A stretch of 64,000 bases of DNA from Auanema rhodensis (GCA_964057225.1 OZ059898.1:14818001-14882000), one strand, 5' to 3'. Shown: positions 9,430-22,100, counted from the stretch's first letter. Translations and numbers: made by a program. Notes: generated by a model from the sequence alone, not told the origin.

Positions 9430-12400
9430 ATCGAACCCGGGCCGCGTGGGTGAAAACCACGAATCCTAACCACTAGACCACATGGGACACGTTAACTGTT
9501 CTTATGATACTACTTCTTCTATCATTTACCTCGAGGAAGTGAGTAAGCAACAAGGGAAGTAACAACGATGAATCGGCCCCGTATTAACTTCTAACAAAAC
9601 GGTTAAAAACAGAAAAGAGATTTAGAAGAGAGCTGAATTCAAAATATGAAAATTCAAAAGAGAAGATGCCAAAAGATGGCTTCCCATGCCGGGAATCGAA
9701 CCCGGGCCGCGTGGGTGAAAACCACGAATCCTAACCACTAGACCACATGGGACACGTTAACTGTTCTTATGATACTACTTCTTCTATCATTTACCTCGAG
9801 GAAGTGAGTAAGCAACAAGGGAAGTAACAACGATGAATCGGCCCCGTATTAACTTCTAACAAAAAGATTAAATGCAGAAAAGAGATTTAGAAGAGAGCTG
9901 AATTCAAAATATGAAAATTCAAAAGAGAAGATGCCAAAAGATGGCTTCCCATGCCTGGAATCGAACCCGGGCCGCGTGGGTGAAAACCACGAATCCTAAC
10001 CACTAGACCACATGGGACACGTTAACTGTTCTTATGATACTACTTCTTCTATCATTTACCTCGAGGAAGTGAGTAAGCAACAAGGGAAGTAACAACGATG
10101 AATCGGCCCCGTATTAACTTCTAACAAAAAGATTAAATGCGGAAAAGAGATTTAGAAGAGAGCTGAATTCAAAATATGGAAATTCAGAAGAGAAGATGCC
10201 AAAAGATGGCTTCCCATGCCGGGAATCGAACCCGGGCCGCGTGGGTGAAAACCACGAATCCTAACCACTAGACCACATGGGACACGTTAACTGTTCTTAT
10301 GATACTACTTCTTCTATCATTTACCTCGAGGAAGTGAGTAAGCAAGAAGGGAAGTAACAATGATGAATTGGTCCCGTATTAACTTCTAACAAAACGATTA
10401 AATGCAGAAAAGAGATTTAGAAGAGAGCTGAATTCAAAATATGGAAATTCAGAAGAGAAGATGCCAAAAGATGGCTTCCCATGCCGGGAATCGAACCCGG
10501 GCCGCGTGGGTGAAAACCACGAATCCTAACCACTAGACCACATGGGACACGTTAACTGTTCTTATGATACTACTTCTTCTGTCATTTACCTCGAGGAAGT
10601 GAGTAAGCAACAAGGGAAGTAACAATGATGAATTGGTCCCGTATTAACTTCTGACAAAAAGATTAAATGCAGAAAAGAGATTTAGAAGAGAGCTGAATTC
10701 AAAATATGGAAATTCAGAAGAGAAGATGCCAAAAGATGGCTTCCCATGCCGGGAATCGAACCCGGGCCGCGTGGGTGAAAACCACGAATCCTAACCACTA
10801 GACCACATGGGACACGTTAACTGTTCTTATGATACTACTTCTTCTATCATTTATCTCGAGGAAGTGAGTAAGCAACAAGGGAAGTAACAACGATGAATCG
10901 GCCCCGTATTAACTTCTAACAAAAAGATTAAATGCAGAAAAGAGATTTAGAAGAGAGCTGAATTCAAAATATGGAAATTCAGAAGAGAAGATGCCAAAAG
11001 ATGGCTTCCCATGCCTGGAATCGAACCCGGGCCGCGTGGGTGAAAACCACGAATCCTAACCACTAGACCACATGGGACACGTTAACTGTTCTTATGATAC
11101 TACTTCTTCTATCATTTACCTCGAGGAAGTGAGTAAGCAACAAGGGAAGTAACAACGATGAATCGGCCCCGTATTAACTTCTAACAAAAAGATTAAATGC
11201 GGAAAAGAGATTTAGAAGAGAGCTGAATTCAAAATATGGAAATTCAGAAGAGAAGATGCCAAAAGATGGCTTCCCATGCCGGGAATCGAACCCGGGCCGC
11301 GTGGGTGAAAACCACGAATCCTAACCACTAGACCACATGGGACACGTTAACTGTTCTTATGATACTACTTCTTCTATCATTTACCTCGAGGAAGTGAGTA
11401 AGCAAGAAGGGAAGTAACAATGATGAATTGGTCCCGTATTAACTTCTAACAAAACGATTAAATGCAGAAAAGAGATTTAGAAGAGAGCTGAATTCAAAAT
11501 ATGGAAATTCAGAAGAGAAGATGCCAAAAGATGGCTTCCCATGCCGGGAATCGAACCCGGGCCGCGTGGGTGAAAACCACGAATCCTAACCACTAGACCA
11601 CATGGGACACGTTAACTGTTCTTATGATACTACTTCTTCTGTCATTTACCTCGAGGAAGTGAGTAAGCAACAAGGGAAGTAACAATGATGAATTGGTCCC
11701 GTATTAACTTCTGACAAAAAGATTAAATGCAGAAAAGAGATTTAGAAGAGAGCTGAATTCAAAATATGGAAATTCAGAAGAGAAGATGCCAAAAGATGGC
11801 TTCCCATGCCGGGAATCGAACCCGGGCCGCGTGGGTGAAAACCACGAATCCTAACCACTAGACCACATGGGACACGTTAACTGCTCTTATTATACTACTT
11901 CTTCTATCATTTACCTCGAGGAAGTGAGTAAGCAACAAGGGAAGTAACAACGATGAATCGGCCCCGTATTAACTTCTAACAAAAAGATTAAACGCAGAAA
12001 AGAGATTTAGAAGAGAGCTGAATTCAAAATATGGAAATTCAGAAGAGAAGATGCCAAAAGATGGCTTCCCATGCCGGGAATCGAACCCGGGCCGCGTGGG
12101 TGAAAACCACGAATCCTAACCACTAGACCACATGGGACACGTTAACTGTTCTTATGATACTACTTCTTCTATCATTTACCTCGAGGAAGTGAGTAAGCAA
12201 CAAGGGAAGTAACAACGATGAATCGGCCCCGTATTAACTTCTAACAAAACGGTTAAAAGCAGAAAAGAGATTTAGAAGAGAGCTGAATTCAAAATATGAA
12301 AATTCAAAAGAGAAGATGCCAAAAGATGGCTTCCCATGCCGGGAATCGAACCCGGGCCGCGTGGGTGAAAACCACGAATCCTAACCACTAGACCACATGG

Positions 12401-12895
12401 GACACGTTAACTGTTCTTATGATACTACTTCATCTATCATTTACCTCGAGGAAGTGAGTAAGCAACAAGAGAAGTAACAATGATGAATTGGTCCCGTATT
12501 AACTTCTAACAAAAAGATTAAATACAGAAAAGAGATTTAGAAGAGAGCTGAATTCAAAATATGGAAATTCAGAAGAGAAGATGCCAAAAGATGGCTTCCC
12601 ATGCCGGGAATCGAACCCGGGCCGCGTGGGTGAAAACCACGAATCCTAACCACTAGACCACATGGGACACGTTAACTGTTCTTATGATACTACTTCTTCT
12701 ATCATTTATCTCGAGGAAGTGAGTAAGCAACAAGGGAAGTAACAACGATGAATCGGCCCCGTATTATCTTCTAACAAAACGATTAAATGCAGAAAAGAGA
12801 TTTAGAAGAGAGCTGAATTCAAAATATGGAAATTCAGAAGAGAAGATGCCAAAAGATGGCTTTCCATGCCGGGAATCGAACCCGGGCCGCGTGGG
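9430..12895 (-). repeat. tRNA-Glu(UUC) array, segment 2 (12 full genes at 9681+265n)
   Basis: Same 265-bp unit. tRNA starts at 9681 ... 12596, with a split copy at 12861. Confidence 0.98.
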
Positions 12896-13232
12896 CGTTC
12901 CGTTATGCTCTCACATCGATCCTATAGACCAATAAAGCCTACAAGATGAGTGTGATAGTATTCCAGATGTAGCGGTAGATAAAGAGCATAATGGATAAAC
13001 ATAAGACTCGAGAAAGAAAGGTTTATTATGTCTACATGATTACAATAAGTTATATAAGTCTACATAAAGATATAAAGTGAAAGAGAGCTAAGAAAGGAAG
13101 ACCAACCATCCATAGTCATTCCATAAGGCAAAGCTGAAGTCTGTGTTCCATATGAAGGGCGTGTCGTCCTCTCTCAGCCTCATGTCGTCTGATTCTAATC
13201 CGCCTGCTACGTATTGATTTCCGACTGGAACG
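12896..13232 (-). repeat. 3' LTR of the non-autonomous element
   Basis: CGTTCC...GGAACG, 337 bp, direct repeat of 15804-16140. Minus-strand AATAAA at 13022-13027 and TATATAA near 13049-13055. Confidence 0.92.
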
Positions 13233-13246
13233 TGCCATTTTTTTCG
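13233..13246 (-). other. Putative polypurine tract
   Basis: Minus strand CGAAAAAAATGGCA directly precedes the 3' LTR. Confidence 0.5.
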
Positions 13247-13928
13247 AGTCTATGTCGCGTCCTCGCGAATAGCAAAATATGTGGCTTGTTTCAATCGTAG
13301 CAGAAGGTTTAGTTTTAAAAAATAAAAATTATAATGTTAACATAAAAATAGTAAAGATAAATTACAATATAGTGTTAAACAATATTATCTGAAAATAATT
13401 TAATAAAAATTATTTGAAAATACATGAATATTAAGGAATAAAACAATCTTTTAGAATACCAGGGCTATATTTTGTCAGCGAGAGTGCGCAAAATAGCTTT
13501 TTAGGCACGACGCTGCATGTCTAACTTGTTTGAGTATAGAGAAACAAGAGTCATGCTATATTATCGATGGAGCTAGCATGTTTCTTCAGCGTATTCAAAG
13601 CGAATTGTAATAATAAAAAAAATTGAATTAAATCCCATATAATTTCCGGAATTGAATCATTAACTACTTGATAAGGACTGTTGCTCAGATGAATATGCAA
13701 TATAATGTCTCTTATCTTTCATTTCTTCTTTATTTACGGGAAATTATTTGAAATTGATGAAGTTTTATAATCATATATGCTTTGAAACTGAAATGCTTTT
13801 TGATTATTAGCTTACATCTCGTCTTACTCAAGTTTTTCAATGATATAATAATATTAATAGCTCTGGTTTTTTAAAGAGAGTTGATACAAAATTTTACAAT
13901 AATTCTATCAATCTCGAAATTATTTCTT

Positions 13929-14393
13929 TCATCGTCTTCTTCTTGGTGGTAGCCAATTTTGGTCCGATGGGTCTTCTGGTTCTGTTTCTTCAGTAGAGTC
14001 ATAGTTATCGTTACTATTTATGACTTTTATGATCTCAATATCGCTGTCGTCGTCCGTGTCATAAGTCGTTGTATTTGATCGCGTGTTTTGAGCGATTGTA
14101 TGGTCCATTTTGCGTTTTTTTTTAGCAGTAACTGGTGTTTGTTCTTCCACTATGATGGATGTTTCTTCTCCTCCTGGTGGTACGTAATCCTCGTCGCTTA
14201 ATCGTTCAGTAGGTGAATAAGTGCCTGCACGAGGAGTAAAGAATTTGTCGGTTTTGTGCTCGGCTTTCTGTTCGTCTTCGATTATAGCGATGCTCTGCGC
14301 GCGAGCTCGGCTTCTGGTGAGTGGAGCTGAGTCTCGCAGATCAAAATCAGTTCGTGTACTGAGAGGTACAGCTGATCGGAATCGCTTATCCAC
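13929..14393 (-). CDS. Possible coding remnant or accessory ORF (charged, disordered, NLS-like)
   Basis: 154-aa frame with a GTG start. The frame stays open for about 21 more codons upstream, with no ATG. Motifs PLTRSRAR, KKKRK, DDDSDIEII, PPRRRR. It is the only long frame in the AT-rich interior and is co-oriented with the PBS. Confidence 0.45.
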   Translation of the reverse strand: MDKRFRSAVPLSTRTDFDLRDSAPLTRSRARAQSIAIIEDEQKAEHKTDKFFTPRAGTYSPTERLSDEDYVPPGGEETSIIVEEQTPVTAKKKRKMDHTIAQNTRSNTTTYDTDDDSDIEIIKVINSNDNYDSTEETEPEDPSDQNWLPPRRRR

Positions 14394-15790
14394 TTTGGTA
14401 GCGCTCTTGGTTTGGAAAAACCTTGAGTGTTTAGTAACGTGGGGGATTTTGAGACGTTAATGAGTGTTATGGATAAGGAGTTTTGGAAAAGGGGTGAGAA
14501 AGCTGTGAGTAACTGGTTTGTATAGTCGGCGTTAAGGAATGAATCTAAGTTGTGGCCATCAACAGAGATCCGCCTACTACCGTATGAAAATTTGGACTTT
14601 GTTCGCTTTCCAATTTAATATTCTTAAATGTATATAATTCAACCAGTTTGTATATGTTCAAAAATGTTCAGTGCTCACTTGATTGATGCCTGAGCAATCT
14701 CATTAGTCCTTATTCCCACTTTTTTTTCTTTTTTCTGACGATTCTGATCTTCTTGGACTCACGAGTGATCGAAAATGCCACGAAAATGGACTTTGGTAAA
14801 TGTTCAAAGGATTTTAGCGGTTTTCATAATGTACATTCGTAATAGCATTACTCTTTAAGGAAGCAATTTGGAAAACGAATGAGTACCGTAGTCCCATCAT
14901 GATCAGAAATCTAGTTTTAAAATTATGGCTAGGAATAGATGACTAAAGATTACAATAACTATATTTAAAGAATTATGGTGTTTAGGAATGAGTCTTATGC
15001 TTCAAAACAACAATAACGGTATGAGGAAGGTGACATATAGTAAGGGGAGAAAATCCAAACTGATATGCTTAAGCCAACACGACCTGATAGACAATCACTA
15101 ATAATAATTCAGTTCGTAAAATTGTACAGGATTTTTCGGACTATAGCGATCTTAAAATTCACTTTTCATAATATTCCTCCCATTTAGGTGAGGTTTCCCG
15201 TGTAAATTCAATGCGTTATCAAAATATTTTTGGATGTTAATGGCAAAAAGTTGTCTGAACAGAAATGTAACGCAAAATAAAATAGTCCTGATCGCAAAAT
15301 ATGAAATAATCTCAATTTGGTGCGCAAAATTGTTTCATCCACAAAAATAAAGAAATAACCGTGGCTATTCTTTCCTCGAAGCCAAAATCAATCCTTAAAA
15401 GGAGAAAGTGTGGGCATAAATCTCAAAAAAAAATTATCCTTGGGTGAATTTGTTCACTAATTCATCCTAGGGTCCTCAAAAATGCTTCGAGTTCGGGTAA
15501 CAGAGTATTCGATGTTAACAGCAAGGGTATAAAAATTGTTGGGTTCAGACAGACAGAAAATTGTGAACAAACGGGAAAATATAACTTCAGTTTCAAAAAA
15601 TATAAAATATCCATCTCCAAAAGGAGTGGTCCTTGCATCTGTTCCCTTTTAAACGTTGTTGGCCCCACCGTATTGTGTTAAGACATGGAGTAGATGGTTT
15701 AGAGATATAAGAGAATTCAGATTCAATGAATTGTATTAAAAATAACGAAATATAAGAGAAAATAGTCAAGAATCAAGATAAAATGTTCGA

Positions 15791-15803
15791 GGTGGAACCT
15801 CCA
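15791..15803 (-). other. Primer binding site complementary to the tRNA-Gln 3' end
   Basis: Minus strand TGGAGGTTCCACC abuts the 5' LTR. It is the complement of the metazoan tRNA-Gln 3' end ...GGTGGAACCT-CCA. Confidence 0.85.
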
Positions 15804-16140
15804 CGTTCCGTTATGCTCTCACGTCGATCCTATAGACCAATAAAGCCTACAAGATGAGTGTGATAGTATTCCAGATGTAGCGGTAGATAAAGAGCATAAT
15901 GGATAAACATAAGACTCGAGAAAGAAAGGTTTCTTATGTCTACATGATTACAATAAGTTATATAAGTCTACATAAAGATATAAAGTGAAAGAGAGCTAAG
16001 AAAGGAAGACCAACCATCCATAGTCATTCCATAAGGCAAAGCTGAAGTCTGTGTTCCATATGAAGGGCGTGTCGTCCTCTCTCAGCCTCATGTCGTCTGA
16101 TTCTAATCCGCCTGCTACGTATTGATTTCCGAATGGAACG
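15804..16140 (-). repeat. 5' LTR of the non-autonomous element
   Basis: 337-bp direct repeat of 12896-13232, with CGTTCC...GGAACG termini. Confidence 0.92.
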
Positions 16141-19100
16141 TGGGTGAAAACCACGAATCCTAACCACTAGACCACATGGGACACGTTAACTGTTCTTATG
16201 ATACTACTTCTTCTATCATTTACCTCGAGGAAGTGAGTAAGCAACAAGGGAAGTAACAACGATGAATCGGCCCCGTATTAACTTCTAACAAAACGATTAA
16301 ATGCAGAAAAGAGATTTAGAAGAGAGCTGAATTCAAAATATGGAAATTCAGAAGAGAAGATGCCAAAAGATGGCTTCCCATGCCGGGAATCGAACCCGGG
16401 CCGCGTGGGTGAAAACCACGAATCCTAACCACTAGACCACATGGGACACGTTAACTGTTCTTATGATACTACTTCTTCTATCATTTACCTCGAGGAAGTG
16501 AGTAAGCAACAAGGGAAGTAACAATGATGAATTGGTCCCGTATTAACTTCTAACAAAAAGATTAAATGCAGAAAAGAGATTTAGAAGAGAGCTGAATTCA
16601 AAATATGGAAATTCAGAAGAGAAGATGCCAAAAGATGGCTTCCCATGCCGGGAATCGAACCCGGGCCGCGTGGGTGAAAACCACGAATCCTAACCACTAG
16701 ACCACATGGGACACGTTAACTGTTCTTATGATACTACTTCTTCTATCATTTACCTCGAGGAAGTGAGTAAGCAACAAGTGAAGTAACAACGATGAATCGG
16801 CCCCGTATTAACTTCTAACAAAACGATTAAAAGCAGAAAAGAGATTTAGAAGAGAGCTGAATTCAAAATATGAAAATTCAGAAGAGAAGATGCCAAAAGA
16901 TGGCTTCCCATGCCGGGAATCGAACCCGGGCCGCGTGGGTGAAAACCACGAATCCTAACCACTAGACCACATGGGACACGTTAACTGTTCTTATGATACT
17001 ACTTCTTCTATCATTTACCTCGAGGAAGTGAGTAAGCAACAAGGGAAGTAACAACGATGAATCGGCCCCGTATTAACTTCTAACAAAACGATTAAATGCA
17101 GAAAAGAGATTTAGAAGAGAGCTGAATTCAAAATATGGAAATTCAGAAGAGAAGATGCCAAAAGATGGCTTCCCATGCCGGGAATCGAACCCGGGCCGCG
17201 TGGGTGAAAACCACGAATCCTAACCACTAGACCACATGGGACACGTTAACTGTTCTTATGATACTACTTCTTCTATCATTTACCTCGAGGAAGTGAGTAA
17301 GCAACAAGGGAAGTAACAACGATGAATCGGCCCCGTATTAACTTCTAACAAAACGATTAAAAGCAGAAAAGAGATTTAGAAGAGAGCTGAATTCAAAATA
17401 TGGAAATTCAGAAGAGAAGATGCCAAAAGATGGCTTCCCATGCCGGGAATCGAACCCGGGCCGCGTGGGTGAAAACCACGAATCCTAACCACTAGACCAC
17501 ATGGGACACGTTAACTGTTCTTATGATACTACTTCTTCTATCATTTACCTCGAGGAAGTGAGTAAGCAACAAGGGAAGTAACAACGATGAATCGGCCCCG
17601 TATTAACTTCTAACAAAACGATTAAATGCAGAAAAGAGATTTAGAAGAGAGCTGAATTCAAAATATGGAAATTCAGAAGAGAAGATGCCAAAAGATGGCT
17701 TCCCATGCCGGGAATCGAACCCGGGCCGCGTGGGTGAAAACCACGAATCCTAACCACTAGACCACATGGGACACGTTAACTGTTCTTATGATACTACTTC
17801 TTCTATCATTTACCTCGAGGAAGTGAGTAAGCAACAAGGGAAGTAACAACGATGAATCGGCCCCGTATTAACTTCTAACAAAACGATTAAAAGCAGAAAA
17901 GAGATTTAGAAGAGAGCTGAATTCAAAATATGAAAATTCAGAAGAGAAGATGCCAAAAGATGGCTTCCCATGCCGGGAATCGAACCCGGGCCGCGTGGGT
18001 GAAAACCACGAATCCTAACCACTAGACCACATGGGACACGTTAACTGTTCTTATGATACTACTTCTTCTATCATTTACCTCGAGGAAGTGAGTAAGCAAC
18101 AAGGGAAGTAACAACGATGAATCGGCCCCGTATTAACTTCTAACAAAACGATTAAAAGCAGAAAACAGATTTAGAAGAGAGTTGATTTCAAAATATGGAA
18201 ATTCAGAAGAGAAGATGCCAAAAGATGGCTTCCCATGCCGGGAATCGAACCCGGGCCGCGTGGGTGAAAACCACGAATCCTAACCACTAGACCACATGGG
18301 ACACGTTAACTGTTCTTATGATACTACTTCTTCTATCATTTACCTCGAGGAAGTGAGTAAGCAACAAGGGAAGTAACAACGATGAATCGGCCCCGTATTA
18401 ACTTCTAACAAAACGATTAAATGCAGAAAAGAGATTTAGAAGAGAGCTGAATTCAAAATATGGAAATTGAGAAGAGAAGATGCCAACAAAATATGGAAAT
18501 TGAGAAGAGAAGATGCCAAAAGATGGCTTCCCATGCCGGGAATCGAACCCGGGCCGCGTGGGTGAAAACCACGAATCCTAACCACTAGACCACATGGGAC
18601 ACGTTAACTGTTCTTATGATACTACTTCTTCTATCATTTACCTCGAGGAAGTGAGTAAGCAACAAGTGAAGTAACAACGATGAATCGGCCCCGTATTAAC
18701 TTCTAACAAAACGATTAAAAGCAGAAAAGAGATTTAGAAGAGAGTTGATTTCAAAATATGGAAATTCAGAAGAGAAGATGCCAAAAGATGGCTTCCCATG
18801 CCGGGAATCGAACCCGGGCCGCGTGGGTGAAAACCACGAATCCTAACCACTAGACCACATGGGACACGTTAACTGTTCTTATGATACTACTTCTTCTATC
18901 ATTTACCTCGAGGAAGTGAGTAAGCAACAAGGGAAGTAACAACGATGAATCGGCCCCGTATTAACTTCTAACAAAACGATTAAATGCAGAAAAGAGATTT
19001 AGAAGAGAGCTGAATTCAAAATATGGAAATTGAGAAGAGAAGATGCCAACAAAATATGGAAATTGAGAAGAGAAGATGCCAAAAGATGGCTTCCCATGCC

Positions 19101-22100
19101 GGGAATCGAACCCGGGCCGCGTGGGTGAAAACCACGAATCCTAACCACTAGACCACATGGGACACGTTAACTGTTCTTATGATACTACTTCTTCTATCAT
19201 TTACCTCGAGGAAGTGAGTAAGCAACAAGGGAAGTAACAACGATGAATCGGCCCCGTATTAACTTCTAACAAAACGATTAAATGCAGAAAAGAGATTTAG
19301 AAGAGAGCTGAATTCAAAATATGGAAATTCAGAAGAGAAGATGCCAAAAGATGGCTTCCCATGCCGGGAATCGAACCCGGGCCGCGTGGGTGAAAACCAC
19401 GAATCCTAACCACTAGACCACATGGGACACGTTAACTGTTCTTATGATACTACTTCTTCTATCATTTACCTCGAGGAAGTGAGTAAGCAACAAGGGAAGT
19501 AACAATGATGAATTGGTCCCGTATTAACTTCTAACAAAACGATTAAAAGCAGAAAAGAGATTTAGAAGAGAGCTGAATTCAAAATATGGAAATTCAGAAG
19601 AGAAGATGCCAAAAGATGGCTTCCCATGCCGGGAATCGAACCCGGGCCGCGTGGGTGAAAACCACGAATCCTAACCACTAGACCACATTGGACACGTTAA
19701 CTGTTCTTATGATACTACTTCTTCTATCATTTATCTCGAGGAAGTGAGTAAGCAACAAGGGAAGTAACAACGATGAATCGGCCCCGTATTAACTTCTAAC
19801 AAAACGATTAAAAGCAGAAAAGAGATTTAGAAGAGAGTTGATTTCAAAATATGGAAATTCAGATGAGAAGATGCCAAAAGATGGCTTCCCATGCCGGGAA
19901 TCGAACCCGGGCCGCGTGGGTGAAAACCACGAATCCTAACCACTAGACCACATGGGACACGTTAACTGTTCTAATGATACTACTTCTTCTATCATTTACC
20001 TGAAGGAAGTGAGTAAGCAACAAGGAAAGTAACAACGATGAATCGGCCCCGTATTAACTTCTAACAAAACGATTAAATGCAGAAAAGAGATTGAAAGTAG
20101 AGCTGATTTCAAAATATGGAAATTGAGAAGAGAAGATGCCAAAAGATGGCTTCCCATGCCGGGAATCGAACCCGGGCCGCGTGGGTGAAAACCACGAATC
20201 CTAACCACTAGACCACATGGGACACGTTAACTGTTCTAATGATACTACTTCTTCTATCATTTACCTGAAGGAAGTGAGTAAGCAACAAGGAAAGTAACAA
20301 CGATGAATCGGCCCCGTATTAACTTCTAACAAAACGATTAAATGCAGAAAAGAGATTGAAAATAGAGCTGATTTCAAAATATGGAAATTGAGAAGAGAAG
20401 ATGCCAAAAGATGGCTTCCCATGCCGGGAATCGAACCCGGGCCGCGTGGGTGAAAACCACGAATCCTAACCACTAGACCACATGGGACACGTTAACTGTC
20501 CTTATGATACTACTTCTTCTATCATTTATCTCCAGGAAGTGAGTAAGCAACAAGGGAAGTAACAACGATGAATCGGCCCCGTATTAACTTCTAACAAAAA
20601 GATTAAATGCAGAAAAGAGATTTAGAAGAGAGCTGAATTCAAAATATGGAAATTCAGAAGAGAAGATGCCAAAAGATGGCTTCCCATGCCGGGAATCGAA
20701 CCCGGGCCGCGTGGGTGAAAACCACGAATCCTAACCACTAGACCACATGGGACACGTTAACTGTTCTTATGATACTACTTCTTCTATCATTTATCTCGAG
20801 GAAGTGAGTAAGCAACAAGGGAAGTAACAACGATGAATCGGCCCCGTATTAATTTCTAACAAAAAGATTAAATGCAGAAAAGAGATTTAGAAGAGAGCTG
20901 AATTCAAAATATGGAAATTCAGAAGAGAAGATGCCAAAAGATGGCTTCCCATGCCGGGAATCGAACCCGGGCCGCGTGGGTGAAAACCACGAATCCTAAC
21001 CACTAGACCACATGGGACACGTTAACTGTTCTAATGATACTACTTCTTCTATCATTTACCTGAAGGAAGTGAGTAAGCAACAAGGAAAGTAACAACGATG
21101 AATCGGCCCCGTATTAACTTCTAACAAAACGATTAAATGCAGAAAAGAGATTGAAAATAGAGCTGATTTCAAAATATGGAAATTGAGAAGAGAAGATGCC
21201 AAAAGATGGCTTCCCATGCCGGGAATCGAACCCGGGCCGCGTGGGTGAAAACCACGAATCCTAACCACTAGACCACATGGGACACGTTAACTGTCCTTAT
21301 GATACTACTTCTTCTATCATTTATCTCCAGGAAGTGAGTAAGCAACAAGGGAAGTAACAACGATGAATCGGCCCCGTATTAACTTCTAACAAAAAGATTA
21401 AATGCAGAAAAGAGATTTAGAAGAGAGCTGAATTCAAAATATGGAAATTCAGAAGAGAAGATGCCAAAAGATGGCTTCCCATGCCGGGAATCGAACCCGG
21501 GCCGCGTGGGTGAAAACCACGAATCCTAACCACTAGACCACATGGGACACGTTAACTGTTCTAATGATACTACTTCTTCTATCATTTACCTGAAGGAAGT
21601 GAGTAAGCAACAAGGAAAGTAACAACGATGAATCGGCCCCGTATTAACTTCTAACAAAACGATTAAATGCAGAAAAGAGATTGAAAATAGAGCTGATTTC
21701 AAAATATGGAAATTGAGAAGAGAAGATGCCAAAAGATGGCTTCCCATGCCGGGAATCGAACCCGGGCCGCGTGGGTGAAAACCACGAATCCTAACCACTA
21801 GACCACATGGGACACGTTAACTGTCCTTATGATACTACTTCTTCTATCATTTATCTCCAGGAAGTGAGTAAGCAACAAGGGAAGTAACAACGATGAATCG
21901 GCCCCGTATTAACTTCTAACAAAAAGATTAAATGCAGAAAAGAGATTTAGAAGAGAGCTGAATTCAAAATATGGAAATTCAGAAGAGAAGATGCCAAAAG
22001 ATGGCTTCCCATGCCGGGAATCGAACCCGGGCCGCGTGGGTGAAAACCACGAATCCTAACCACTAGACCACATGGGACACGTTAACTGTTCTTATGATAC

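Larger units (their letters stand above)
6783..9487 (-). pseudogene. tRNA-Glu(UUC) copy split by the MULE insertion (3' part 6783-6805, 5' part 9430-9487)
   Basis: tRNA sequence stops at ...atcgaaccc (6805) and resumes at atcgaaccc (9430). Confidence 0.95.
12896..16140 (-). mobile_element. Non-autonomous LTR retrotransposon (3245 bp; probably Ty3/Gypsy-dependent given the 4-bp TSD)
   Basis: Two 337-bp direct repeats with 3 differences. TSD TGGG at 12892-12895 and 16141-16144. tRNA-Gln PBS and purine tract on the minus strand. No gag/pol ORF. Confidence 0.9.
12861..16181 (-). pseudogene. tRNA-Glu(UUC) copy split by the LTR element (3' part 12861-12895, 5' part 16141-16181)
   Basis: tRNA stops at ...gcgtggg (12895) and resumes tgggtgaaaacc (16141). 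The 3' part also carries a private acceptor-stem change (tttccatg at 12861). Confidence 0.95.
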
